From: Raillietiella orientalis
Taxonomy: Eukaryota
Direction: 5' to 3'
Assembly (NCBI GenBank): GCA_036172245.1
Contig: JAYWIR010000032.1
Span: 186,001 to 250,000, forward strand
DNA: 64,000 bases
Part shown: piece by piece, positions 24,134-35,944 of the stretch
Layout of the letters: each line of letters begins with the position of its first letter
Numbering within the stretch: the stretch's first letter is position 1
Notes under the pieces: model-generated
What the model saw: only the letters and a program-made list of their open reading frames with translations
Told to the model about the DNA's origin: nothing
Databases searched by the model: none
Translations under genes and position numbers: made by a program

Positions 24134-27111
24134 CGATAAAGCATTCTTCTGCGTCAAACAGGAACTCCTCTTGGAGCACCTGGAGAGTCTTGGGTTTCCG
24201 AACAGACTTCTCCTGTACTTGCGCTCCTGCTGGCGTGACGGGCTTATCAACTTGCTTTTCAGTGGTTCCCGAGTTTACAGCGTGGCAAGGCGCAGAGGCA
24301 TAAGACAGAGAGACAGCTTAAGGCCGTTGCTATTCAGCTTCTAGTTTGAGTTGGTGCTGAAAGCTTACAGGCTGACGCTGGCCTTCCTTCCCAGCGCCTC
24401 TCCGTGTACTCCGTCCGTGACAGCATACGCCGACTACCTTCTGCCTATCTTGCTCATGTCCACTCCACTCGGTCGAAGACTTTTTCGAGCTGATCCGTCG
24501 TTGTGCGGGCATGAAAGTTAACAAAGCGAAGTGCTCCGTCGTGCCGGTGGGTACGTCGAGGGAGGTGCAGGCCGACTGGATCCTCCTGGGGATCTCCACG
24601 GTCAGGTACTTCAACTACTTTGACTTCTTGTTGGGCGACTTCTGCTCGTCTGAATAGTGGTCGGACTGTCTTCAAAAGGCATAGATTGCTTTAGGCCCGT
24701 TCCTTAAAGGCAAGTTCATCTTGCCGGAAAGGGCGTGCATATGGAACACTTTTCTTGCCTCCCTCCTCCGCCAATTATTTTTTGTTTGCTTGCCTCCCTA
24801 TGTGGTTAAACTCCGGGCGCAGCGTCTCCTACGTAAGGTCTTGTGGGGCGCTGCACGATCCAGGGTTCGCCTTAAAGATTTGGTGGCGCCATGCCAGGAC
24901 GCAGGCCTGGGCATTCTGACCATCCAGAAGATTGGACTGCAAGTGCAGTTCCGGCTTCTATCCCTATGTGGGAAATTGTGGTCTAGTCACTGGTGTGCTC
25001 CGGCTTGCCATATCCTCCAGCGCAGTGTGGGCAGTGCAGGACTGCTTTCGTTGCTGCTGCGCAACCTTCGCCGGAGAACTGGATTTGGCTACCCACTGAG
25101 GCATTTGTCCTCGTTGTTGTTAGCCCATTCCTAAATTTCCTGTTGCCTCTCCAACTGGAATGCTTGGCAGCAGGAAGCTCTGGAGCAGTGAATTTTCAAT
25201 TTGGATGTGCGTCCAGAGCAGCCGCGATTCCTAAAGGGTTTATTACGGAAACCGCTAGGAATGATCCTAGAGGTCTGGTCGCTTTGGTCCCGGGTTGCCA
25301 TCTCACCGATTGCCGCAGCGCTGTCTGCTCTCAGGGCAAACAACGACAGTAGCCAACCGGCAAGGTGGAAGTTCTTCTGTAGCATTGCAGGAGTCGCAAG
25401 ACTGCTGAGCGGCTGCAATACAAGCGTATTGGTAGAAGCTGCCACTCCTCGTTACCCGGCAAAGGGACTCCTTCGGTGGAGTGAGGTTGTTGGACTACTT
25501 CCCGAAGATCTCGTGGTCCCTTCCTTGTGTGTGTACACCTCCGTGTTCCCGCTTCGATAGAAACAGGATGTTCTGCTTTTTCTGCACTGGGGATTTTAGA
25601 GAAATAAGCGCAGATATTTGGTTTCCTGGGAAGTCGCCTCCCCGAACTGCATCAGGTGCGGGGCGATAGGATCGAGTTCAGTGACATGCGGGAGTTATGG
25701 GGGAGACTTGCTTCGGCACTTTGTCGTCCCCAGGACACTGTTATCGACCTGCTGCGACGCTTGTTCAGCGAAGACGGACTGAATAAATGCCCTGTGTTCG
25801 CAACAATCTGTTGCATCCACGTCATCGTAACGGCCCGCCGTTAGCTAATTTTCCCCGAGTCCCACAAGGGGTGGGGTAAATTTACTTTTCTATAAAAATA
25901 ACATTCACACTACACTTTTACATTCACACTCTCATTCACTCGTTATATCACCACTTTTCACTTTGAAGTCCTGGGGTTCACTCGAGTTCTGCTATCAGGG
26001 TGGGGGTCCAGATGTTTGTCCCCGGCGTCGTCCTCGATCCTCTTCAGGATGAATCTGTACGTCCAGGCTTGGATTCTTCCGCAGTTCCTGATGCCGATTT
26101 CCTTCTTCAGGAGTCCTTGGAGGTTCTCCATCGGAGGTGCGGCTCTCCTGGCTTTCCTCATCTTCCACCACCGCACAAGTATGGCAGTGATGAAGAGGGC
26201 GATGGTCGTCCTCACCATGGGATTGTAACAGGGAACATTACCATCTCCCTGAAACATCCCGGCGAGGATCTCCATTACGGAGCTGGTGGTCCGTCCGATG
26301 ATCCTTTTCAGGATCAGCCAGTCGTGAAGCAGTGTGGGACACGTCAAGATGTGGAGTGTTGTGTCGGTGTCACCACACGCCGTGCAGTCTCTGTCTTCCC
26401 TTCTTCTCGTGAAGTGCTGTAGTCTGGACCCCGTCAGGATTCCTCCATGGTAGAACATCAGGAGGTTGTCCTGGGTGTCCGGCGGAAGGTCACTCCTCCA
26501 GAGCGTCGTGCCGATCGCCAACAGGTTGATCCGGTCACTCCCGTAGCGATCGGCGGCTTCTTGGAGGGCACTGGTGTCGCGGTCCTCTTCTTTAATCAAT
26601 CTTCGGAGGTTCATTCTGGTTACCCTAGACCAGGCGAAGTCGTTGTGGTTGATCCACACCTCGCGGGTCTGGTGGGTAAACCTCCCTAGCATCATCTCTA
26701 TGTACCGGAGTACATGCGAGTGATGTTAGCTACAAGGAAGTTTTCAGCGAATGGACGCTGCCAGGATAGCCGCGAACCTTATGAAGGTAGCTGTCACGTG
26801 GCCTCATCTGCCGAGAAAATTCTCGAGGGATGTCGCCATCGTCAGATAGCGCTTCTAAGAAGGTGAGGAACGTTTAATGCCAGAGATCCCTGACCTCACC
26901 TTCCACTGTTTTTTTGTTTGTTCTCTTATGTTTTTTTTATTTTGTGCCCCGCTCCTTCCGTTATTTTCTTTTCAAAGGCGACCTGCGTGCCGGTGATCCT
27001 TTCGGGCTGAACTTTCTGTGTGGGCCATTCTTGTGTCGTGAAAGGATGAATTTCCTTTCAAGATTGTTGTTTGTTTTTACAAATAAACGTTGCAGCGCAG
27101 CCAGGATTAAA
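24134..27111 (+). mobile_element. Element K: decayed 3' part of family-1 LINE, interrupted by L
   Basis: Begins at DKAFFCV (RT motif), YADY, KGLLRWSE; resumes after L with WPHL; AATAAA 27082-27087. Confidence 0.87.
25848..26724 (-). mobile_element. Element L: 5'-truncated family-2 LINE with 8-bp TSD GTTAGCTA
   Basis: Open 245-aa ORF2 C-terminus with CTACGDTDTTLHILTC, homologous to Y1; TSD at 25840-25847 and 26725-26732. Confidence 0.9.
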
Positions 27112-27123
27112 CCGCATCGGCGC

Positions 27124-28680
27124 CTACCACGGACGGATGTGCTTTTCTGTCGCTCCGCGGTAGACTGACTTCTGTGTGTTTTTGTTCTGCTCTGCTTCTG
27201 TGCTGCAATGGGAGCAAAGAAGATCATCAGCTGTAAGAAGGGAACGGTACCTGCTCCTGAGATGGCGGTATCGGCAGCTAGCAAGGAGCCACAATCTTCG
27301 CCGACGGCGAGGACATTCAACCAGGTCGCTGCACTCGCGGCTGCGATGGGACCTTCGCTTGACAGCCCTGAGATTCAAGCGTATGTAGCAAATGGCTACC
27401 AGCAACAAGCATTGCGGCTTCGTAAGGAGATGTCCAGTCTTCAGGACCTGCCTTGCTCTGTCGTGACCACTCGCAGGACAAGGCGAGAAACCTGTGCTCA
27501 CCTTTCCAGCCTCAATGCAGGAAGTCGCCTCTTTTTGTCGATTCAGAGTAACCTGTTGGAACGTTAACGCGCTGCGCAGGTACGAAAAGAGGCGCGCCGT
27601 GCCAGACACTATGCATTATTTGGCCATGGGGATCCTGCAGGAGATGCATTACATCTTCGATGCGGAGGTTGCCGAAATCGAACAGCGCGCGGGTGGCACC
27701 CTGTGCTGACAAGAAGATTCTGCTTAATCGTGCGGAGTCAGGTTTCTCGTAAATAGAAGGACGGCAGGAGCTTTGCGCAGCGTTCGATTCGATTAGGAAA
27801 GGCGAATGGTCCAACTTGCACTGAAGTGGTCAGATTCAATCGAACTAGTCGTGACGAACGTCCACGTGCCGAGCGGCTTTCATCGGCGAGACTAAAGAAT
27901 CGAGTTCTTCGACGTGCTGGAAAGCCAATGGTTCAGGAACCTTGGAGCCAGAGTGGCGAATCTCGTCGCAGGGGACTTAAACGTCCACCTGCTTTCCAAC
28001 GAGACGAGGTCCCTGGCGAAATGGTTGCGGGTGGAAAAGGCATACGCGTCGGTGCACGCGCGTAACCCGGAAGCCGGCGAACCTAGAAGGGGAAAAAAGC
28101 GTGGATCACGTCTACCTCGATGAACACCTACTCTCACGAGTGGGAAGGAGAGGCAGGGTGCCGTCCACGTTATCGGACAATGATAGGCTGGAGTTCGAGC
28201 TACTCCCGCCGGGCAAGGAACCTCCGAACTATGTTTGGAGGATGCCGGCGGATTGGCTCAGTCATACGGAGGCGGCGGAGCGATTTCGCCAGTTTGTCCG
28301 GGGCTTTGCTATCCGGCAACTCGCAGACTGGTACCATCTTGAAAGATTGGTTCGCGAGTTTCGCTACCGTTTCCCCCAACACCTGTTACCGCGCGGATTC
28401 TGGAAAGGCGTGGTCAATAGCAAAGAACTCCTGCGGGCGCGCACCTTCTTTGGACGTGCGAAAGTCCGGCACCTCGCAGAGTACCAGGCGAGGTCCGAGC
28501 GCCAGTTCCGGCAGTCTAGAGCGGCTATTCTGCTCAACGACCAAGGCCAGGAATGCATGGCTTCTATCGACGTACGGCGAGCACTAAGACGTCACTTCTC
28601 CTTCCTCTAAGCAAAGTCCCCAACGGAGAGAGTCCTTTCGAAACTTCTACTGCCTATCCGTGATGCCCTTCTTCGACCTC
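27124..28680 (+). mobile_element. Element M: decayed family-1 5' part (most of ORF1 deleted, EN + linker)
   Basis: 5' motif GACGGATGTGCTTTT; CWNVNALR, LQEMH, AGDLN, DHVYLD, RRALRRHFS. Confidence 0.8.
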
Positions 28681-30579
28681 AGAGGATTTTCTAGGCCTAT
28701 AGAGCCTCGCAACTGAGGAATGCGAAAGAGGTCCGATGTGATGCGAATGTCTGGCTGTGAGGGTTTCTTTTCCAGGACGTTGACCTCGCCTACGGGCTGT
28801 ACGTCCAGCTGGTCCTGAACTCTTCCAAAACCCAGTTGTAGCCATCTTGCTTTGCTCTCACCGCAGGCAAATCCCTAGCGCAACCTGCGGAAAGGAGACA
28901 GTCCAAGGGAAGGGTGGGAGAGATGCGCTAGCCCCCTCCCGTGTGGGCTACCAAATCCTCGACCGCATCACTAACTAAAAATAAGGACCACGGACGATTC
29001 CCTCATGCATTTGTTTGGTTCCCTAAGAAACGGCAAAGAGTCCATGGTCTCTTATTCCCGTTCTAGCAAGTTGGCCGCGAAGAAAAGATTGCGTGGACTC
29101 CTATGAGTTACCGTCGCTTGGTAAGCAAGAGGAAACGAAACTGTGGAAATTGATTCCTTTTCGGTTTTCGAGATTCTTATCCTTGAGGAACAACTTGTTG
29201 TGCCACACTAAAAGGGTATGTCTTGGCAATTGAAGGTCCTTCGTACGATACTGCAAAGAATGCACTGGTAAATGCGGAAAGAGAAAGAGGAATAGTCTCG
29301 CAGTGTCTGTGGGGTGTCGCAGACAATAAAAGGAGTTCATAGGGCTGAAAACTGAAATGAAAATCCGAAGGTATCCGATTCACAGAGGAGCATGACCGCT
29401 TCCGATGGATCTTTAAGCCTCAAATGCAACCAACTCTTGACGTTTTTGCAAGGCGTGGACAATCCACCATTCCATGAGGAGTTGCTCCTCTGCCTTCATC
29501 CGAGTTTATCGTTGACCTGGGTTGCATTTTTGATTACTGTTGCTTCGAACCGTTCGTTCGTTCTCCCTTGCTTAGCCGGTCAAATAAAGCCAAGCAGCCA
29601 GATAGACGAGTGGATCTTCAGTTTCCCTCTTTTTCATTTCTTCCACGATACTTTCTTTTCCTTTTTGGAACCTTACGGCCTGGTTGCATATCACTTTGCA
29701 ATAGGCTCATTTAGCTGCACGCTACGAGTCCCATCGGCCGTTTTTTCTACCTTTTCAGTAGATCACCGGAAACAGTCAGTGCTGTCCATCCTTGCAATCA
29801 CCAGTTGCAGAGGCCGAACTGCATTGGGGATCCCCTCGCGTTTTAGAGTGCGCTCTTCGAGCCACATTGCTTGCGACTAATCTCTCCGTGGCCTTTTCTG
29901 GAAGTAACTTGTCTGGAAAAGAGACAATCTGCTTCCGGAGAATAGAGCAGCACCTGCAACGGAAGCTCGATCTAACTTTGGCAAAGGCATCACAAAAGCA
30001 TCAGCAGTCATTTTATTAATACCGAGAAATTCACAATCACTTCTCTTCCGAACTCGGAGGACTCCTTACGAGAAGAAAACTCTGAGGTGCTTGTTGTTCT
30101 CTGATCTCTCCCAGCATCCTTCACACTGCACTTATATCTTGCCCTTAACAATAGTCGTAAGCCTTACTGGTATTTCGGAAAACGGAACCACTTTGCTCCT
30201 TGAGGTTGTTAAAGAGACGACCACAACGTCCTTTCCGAAAACACGAAAAGAAGGTGAATGGAACACTCATATCTCAGCAACACTCGGATGTGCACGTTGA
30301 AAAAACTCTCAAGGAAGAATACACAGGATCTTGGGGAGAATCGTTTTGAATCTTGACATTTCTGCTCTTCCATCCACAGCTTTTCAAAATCTTGGTCCGT
30401 TACTTAAATGCAATGACCCTTCCGATCGTTCCATTATGTCTCTCGAGAGCGTTGCATGCTGATGCTGGATCTCTTCTTTCTCCAAGTAATCGGCAAGACT
30501 CCTTTTTATGTGAAGTTCCTATGATGCCTTGTCGTTATCTGAGTCCCAAGCGCCAATGGCTTCTACAAAAATTGCTTGT

Positions 30580-32759
30580 GCTGATGCACGAGATTCTTGG
30601 GTGCAGAATTGCTCAGTCAGTCCCAGTATTTCTTCTTTTCTCTTCCTGTAGTTCCTTAAGGTGAAGGAATAGCCGTTTGAGCGGCAGGCGAGGTTCAGCA
30701 CAATTACACTTCCGCCTCCTTCCCAGATTGGGTCTATCCAAAGTCTGGAACCTGCCTCAAGCATGCCTCAATCGGGAGCACTCAGTGCTTTGCGATTGCT
30801 GCTTTCGGTTCATTTACTGGCTCCATCACGGTGGGCTGCGGCCACAGGAGATCACATCATGCTGAAGGAACTTCTGCCAGACCGCACATGTCCTCGTGCA
30901 GTGGATGTGTATCGCACTGGCATCAGATTTACTCAGGCTGCACGTATAAAGCAACAATATGCTCTCACCTGGTCATGCCGGGGCGTTCTTGCCTCGAAGA
31001 AGCAAAACACACTGAGAATGAAGAGATCAATTTGCCAAGGAAAACAGGAAAGTTCACGGAGGAAAACTCCCAGCACACAGATCCAACAAGCAGCGGGTCC
31101 GAAACAGGAGAATAGGAAGGGACAGGGATCTTTCGCTCGGCACTCTCCTTCTTTTTTTTATCCTTCGCGATACGCAGTAGATTTCTGATGACATCTTAAG
31201 AATCCTGATGGGGGCAGCTGACTGCCCGTCGTCGATATGAGGGTAGCCCCCGCGTGACATGGTTGCGATTTACTTGCTCCCATAGGTGTAGTAAAACGGA
31301 CGAAGGACCTTCTTCGAAAAGTTCTCTAGGGTTATTAAAGGTCCCGAGTCCGATTAGAAGAATTGTGTGCTCCTTGTTGCGACGGAGGACTTGGAGTCCT
31401 GACGTTGGAGCGCATGGAAGTACAGTTGAACTTCCATGCGATCAGATGTGTGGCCTTCGTGGCATAGAACTAAGCCACCCATTGATGCGCTCCTGCACGT
31501 CTCCTCACCCAGCTGGTAATCCATAGCGAAGGACTCGCAACCCTGTTTGTATGTTACCACCGTCGGCTTCCATCTTGCAGTTTCCCTCTCCGGTGTGACT
31601 GCTCTAATGAAAGCAAACACGTGCATTCGCTGCCGCCCTGCAAATACTCCGGCCTGGAGGTAGGACAAAGTGAGGACGTGAGCCCAGCTCATTTGGGCAC
31701 CGTCGGAATTTGCCCTCTGCCGAGAGTTTCAGAAGAACTGTGGAAGAGCATTGGAAGCAATGGCCTGTGAGCTGACGATGTTGACCTATTCTGTAGTCAC
31801 CCCCTTCGCCGCAGCTGTGTCCTTTACTATCGAAGTACATAGGCACCTGCCTACCGGCGAACTGGGAGGTTTTCTGCGAGATATCGGCTCGCAGGAAGCC
31901 TATCGGCCGCTGGAAATTGCGATAGCGGGCTGACGCATTGCCAGAAAGAACAGCAAGAACCCTCTCCAAAGGACTGGATCGTCAAGGCAAACTCTTCTCC
32001 TATCAGCCCCAAGAGTTGGAAGTGCACCCCGTGTTTATGGACAGTAGATGCTTGCCCTTAGGTGGCAGCAATCGCCGCTTCTGGTACTGCACTGATGTCT
32101 TCCGTGCAATGCTTGCCGGCACCACTGGACGAGAGAAAGTGCATCTCCGAACTGTGCCAGATGGGGAGAGAAGGAGACATTTCCTTACCTATTAGTCCAG
32201 TACATCATTCTCTGAGACGTGCGAGAACGTTTCTCCGCGTACCTGTCGCACCACGTGGACGATTCCAGAGACTCTTTGAGGCCCTTCTTCGTGAGTGCCC
32301 GGCGTGACGCCCACAACCGCGATCTGAGCGCTGTGCTGCGTGAGCGGTGTCGTCGTGGCAAACTGCGACGTCAAGGGAAGCCATAGCAATGGAAGGCTGC
32401 CCTGCACGTCACGCCAGCAGCTTCCCGCAGATAGCTTTGTGATGGTTAAACCTGGAAAGAGAGAAGGAGGAGCTTGCCGGCATCCTTCAACGGATGCAAG
32501 TGCCTCACTTACCACGCAATGTGATTCCTTTTCTTCCCTCCTACTAATTTTTATTTTTTTTCATGGTTTTTTTCGGTTGTTTGTTATAGTTTGCTTTCAT
32601 TTTCTATTTTTTTTTCATACCCGTTCTTCTTCGTGGACGTGATGAACCTTTCCGGCTCCCTATCCCTTCTCTCTAGATTAAAACAATGGGAATTGGTGGG
32701 CCATCGGTTCCATCGATTCCTGTAAGAGAATAAACGCCCCGGCGCACATGGGTGTAAAA
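30580..32759 (+). mobile_element. Element N: highly decayed family-1 ORF2 relic with recognisable 3' end
   Basis: DGGLGVLTLERM codons at about 31381, HHWTR at about 32120, AATAAA-CGCCCCGGCGCACATGGGTGTAAAA at 32729-32759. The left limit is uncertain. Confidence 0.7.
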
Positions 32760-33250
32760 TCACTGTGCCGCAAAAAGGCCCGCTGTGTACGGAGGAGCAT
32801 CTCAGTCAAGTTTTGCGTGGCGCCCTCAGCCGCAGTTCTTACAGGATGCAGGGGTTTCGCAAGGAGTACCTTCGCAAACAATTGGACCGCGTCGCACCTG
32901 TAGCATTTTGGGCTATCGCACCCACAGTAAACGGAAAGTGGTAAGCGGTTTGCCTACAAGTGGCCCCAGAGCAGGAAGATGAGCGCGGCAGAAAGTGCAA
33001 GGATTACGAGTTCTGCGGGGGAAACGCTCGAAATTTTCCTCCAACGAAGCCGTCCGCTGGTCTGTGACCGTGATGTGGAACGCTCGTCCTACAGCCAACT
33101 TGGAGTTTGGTGACTCCTTCAAGGGTGGCAGAAAACATTCACCCTGCAGGCTGGCAGCCGTCGTCGCTTGTTCCGAGGGCAAACATGCTGTGGCAAACGA
33201 CGTGGCTGCTTCTCCACACCACTTTCTGGAGTTCTGAAGCATCATTTTCA
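32760..33250 (-). mobile_element. Element O: probable ORF1 relic
   Basis: Minus-strand ATQNLTEMLLRTQRAFLRH resembles AAEELAAML...KKALRRP of other ORF1s; the match is weak. Confidence 0.4.
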
Positions 33251-35559
33251 AGAGAATGCGGCACAGATTTTCAAGGAGGTGGAGCTCTTTGGACGTCTAT
33301 TCAAAGTGAAAGCCCTAGTTTCCACAGCATCCTGCTGCCAAACGTTGAAGTTTCAAAGACAGCAGGGCATTTGGCAAGGCGGCAGTCGCAATGAGGCCAT
33401 TCGCTTCGAGGGCTGTCGACGTATCCTTTCCATTTTCCGCAGTCGAGCGGCAGCATCCAAACGAGTCCTCCACGGTCGAGTCAACGCCACACGATGAGAC
33501 GTGCAGGCTCTTACCACGGAGCAGCGCACATTTTGGAACGAAAGTGTGTTCCTACGGTCGATTGGAAACCCTTCCGTGACCTGACCTTTTGGCGAACAGA
33601 ACTTTCTGCACGGATGCCTGTTACGCGTGTCTAAAAAGGAACTGCCGGTGTCGAAAACGCTATCTGATTACTCCACATCCCACCTGCGCCTCAGCGTTGC
33701 CTTGCCCCTTGCTGTGAACGAGGTTTTTGAAGCAGAGGTAGCCCCTCCTGCCGGCTTCATTAATGCAGTAGGTCAGAATTGCCACCCAGTCTGTGACTGC
33801 TCGAACTTGCGGCCAACTGTGCCTCCGTTGCAGAGTTGCGGATAGCTCGCGAAGCGCACAACTTTCTGCGAAGCGATGTCGGTGTCTCAGTTACAGCCTC
33901 TAGGGAAACCCAAAAGTCCGACAGAAGCGCTATGCATCTCCGGTTGGAAATCGGGTCCGAATCTCTACTCTCGTGCTGCAGAACCTCCGATGCAATCGGA
34001 GATTTACACGTTTGACGCTGTTCCCTGGACTACACTCCCAGGCGCACTATCGGCTGAGGCGCTCTGCAGTTAAACACTTCCTCTGTCAGAAGTTTTGCTT
34101 CGGCTGTCGACAGAGATGTTTATTCGAGATATGGCTGGAAGCAGACATTTATGAATGAGAAACTAGAGACCAGTCATTTTTCGCGACAGCAGCAACCACA
34201 GTTTTGCGTGAAATTTTGAATGCCTGTTTCCAGGGGGACTGGAGACGAGAGAGAGAAAGAGGGAGAGAAAAAGGAGCGCTTTGGTGCAGCTTTCATTCCT
34301 GCCGAATTGAGCGCTTCTCAACGCTAGCAACCGTCGCTTCCGGGATGCAGGAGCCAGGAGTGGTACACCGGAGCCGGTACCCCCCACAGCAGACAAGTAC
34401 AACGATTCCCATTACTTAAAAGAAGAAAACATTGAAGCCTTCGAATCCGGAAAAATGGTTGGTGCTTTTGGTTGTCCTATTAAGAAGGAGATGAGACTCG
34501 GAACTGATGAACTGTCGAAAAAACGCGAATCCATTCTCTTCTCCAGAGTTTAGCAAAAGGCTTCTGAGCGACTGATTCAAGAAAAGAAAGATGGTCATCC
34601 ACGCTTGCTCGACCTTCATGGATGGGGCGAGACGCTCTGAAGCAGCCGCATTGGCACGTCAAGGCTGCTTGCGAGATCAAGACGGCGATCGCTGATGGGA
34701 ACGGCCGCAGAGACCAAAAATAAAATGTCCGTCGCCAATTCCCAGGTACGAAAGCAATGAGATCACTCTCCTCAAGTTCTTGGCTGTATTTCGTCTTTAT
34801 AGATTTGCTTTCAGAGTGCAGCAGCATGGCCACGACTCAGGAGCGACAGCGAACAGCTTCAAAATGAAACCGTCTCCTGGCCCGCCGTTTTCTCCGTTAA
34901 ACAGACGTAAGACGACTCTACAGTGATGGAAACCGGGGAAAAGTTCTTACTTTTCGTGCCACTGAGCTTTGCGGACCCCCCTCTAGAACAATTTGCAGCT
35001 TTCTGGAGGAGTGCCGCTCAAGCGCGCAAGGTGAGGTGCTCTCGCAACCAAAACAACTGTCGGGACCCTCATGCGCGGTTCTCTTTCCAAGAGTGATTGC
35101 TGGCTATAGAGGTGCGGCACATGAGAACAAGGAAGAAGAGAAGTCCCCACATGGAGATGCATCATACAATCTCTTTCATGACTGCATCCCAGTTCGGGAA
35201 GAGAGGTGACATTCAGCACCGAAAACTGTTTAAACACTAGAAAAGATCTTGGAAGTATATCCCGGAGATACGGCGTTTTCTCTATAAATTTACGCTACAT
35301 GCCCCAAGGAAGCACACAGCTGAGAATGGACCGTTGCTAAATTTGTCTGCGCCTCAGTGCGTCGATTTGGAATCCGATCGTCTCCGTCGTCATCCACATG
35401 TGGACGTTCACCGCATTCTTTTCCACGTTGATAGCCGTTTCCTGGTAAGGAGGCGGGAAGGTTTCCTTCTTGAAGACTCGCACCTCCAATCGTATTTCCC
35501 TAGGGCGGCTACACCGTCGAAGAATGGAGAAATCTTTTCTCTTTATTCCAATCAGGTGA

Positions 35560-35944
35560 GTGCAGTTTATCTGAGTCTCTCACACTAAGAGAACACAGGA
35601 CTTCTACTTCCTGGAAGTTGAGTTGGCAACTTCGCATGGTCGCATTTTCCTTTCCCTCGATGCTGGAATGTACTCGAGTGTGGTCGCGCTGAGCTCCTGC
35701 TGCCCAACTCCGTATTGTAGTGGGTGACCCTGGCGCGCACGACTGCACTTTCCATGTTCTTTCCATTGCAGAGAATCCTACCAAATTCAGCAACGTGGAT
35801 TCCAAAACCTTTAACTTCCAGAAAATGGATAAAACGAAGGGTTTCGGGACGGAACACCAGACTTTCGTGGAGAATGACACACTCCAGGTAATCGCTTTTT
35901 CCATGTTGAGAGTCATCATTGGAGAAGTCGATCGACGTCGTCAA
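35560..35944 (-). mobile_element. Possible ancient ORF1 relic
   Basis: FLEVKGFGIHVAEFGRILCNG...VRARVT loosely resembles the pre-knuckle region of LINE ORF1; no knuckle is visible. Confidence 0.25.
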
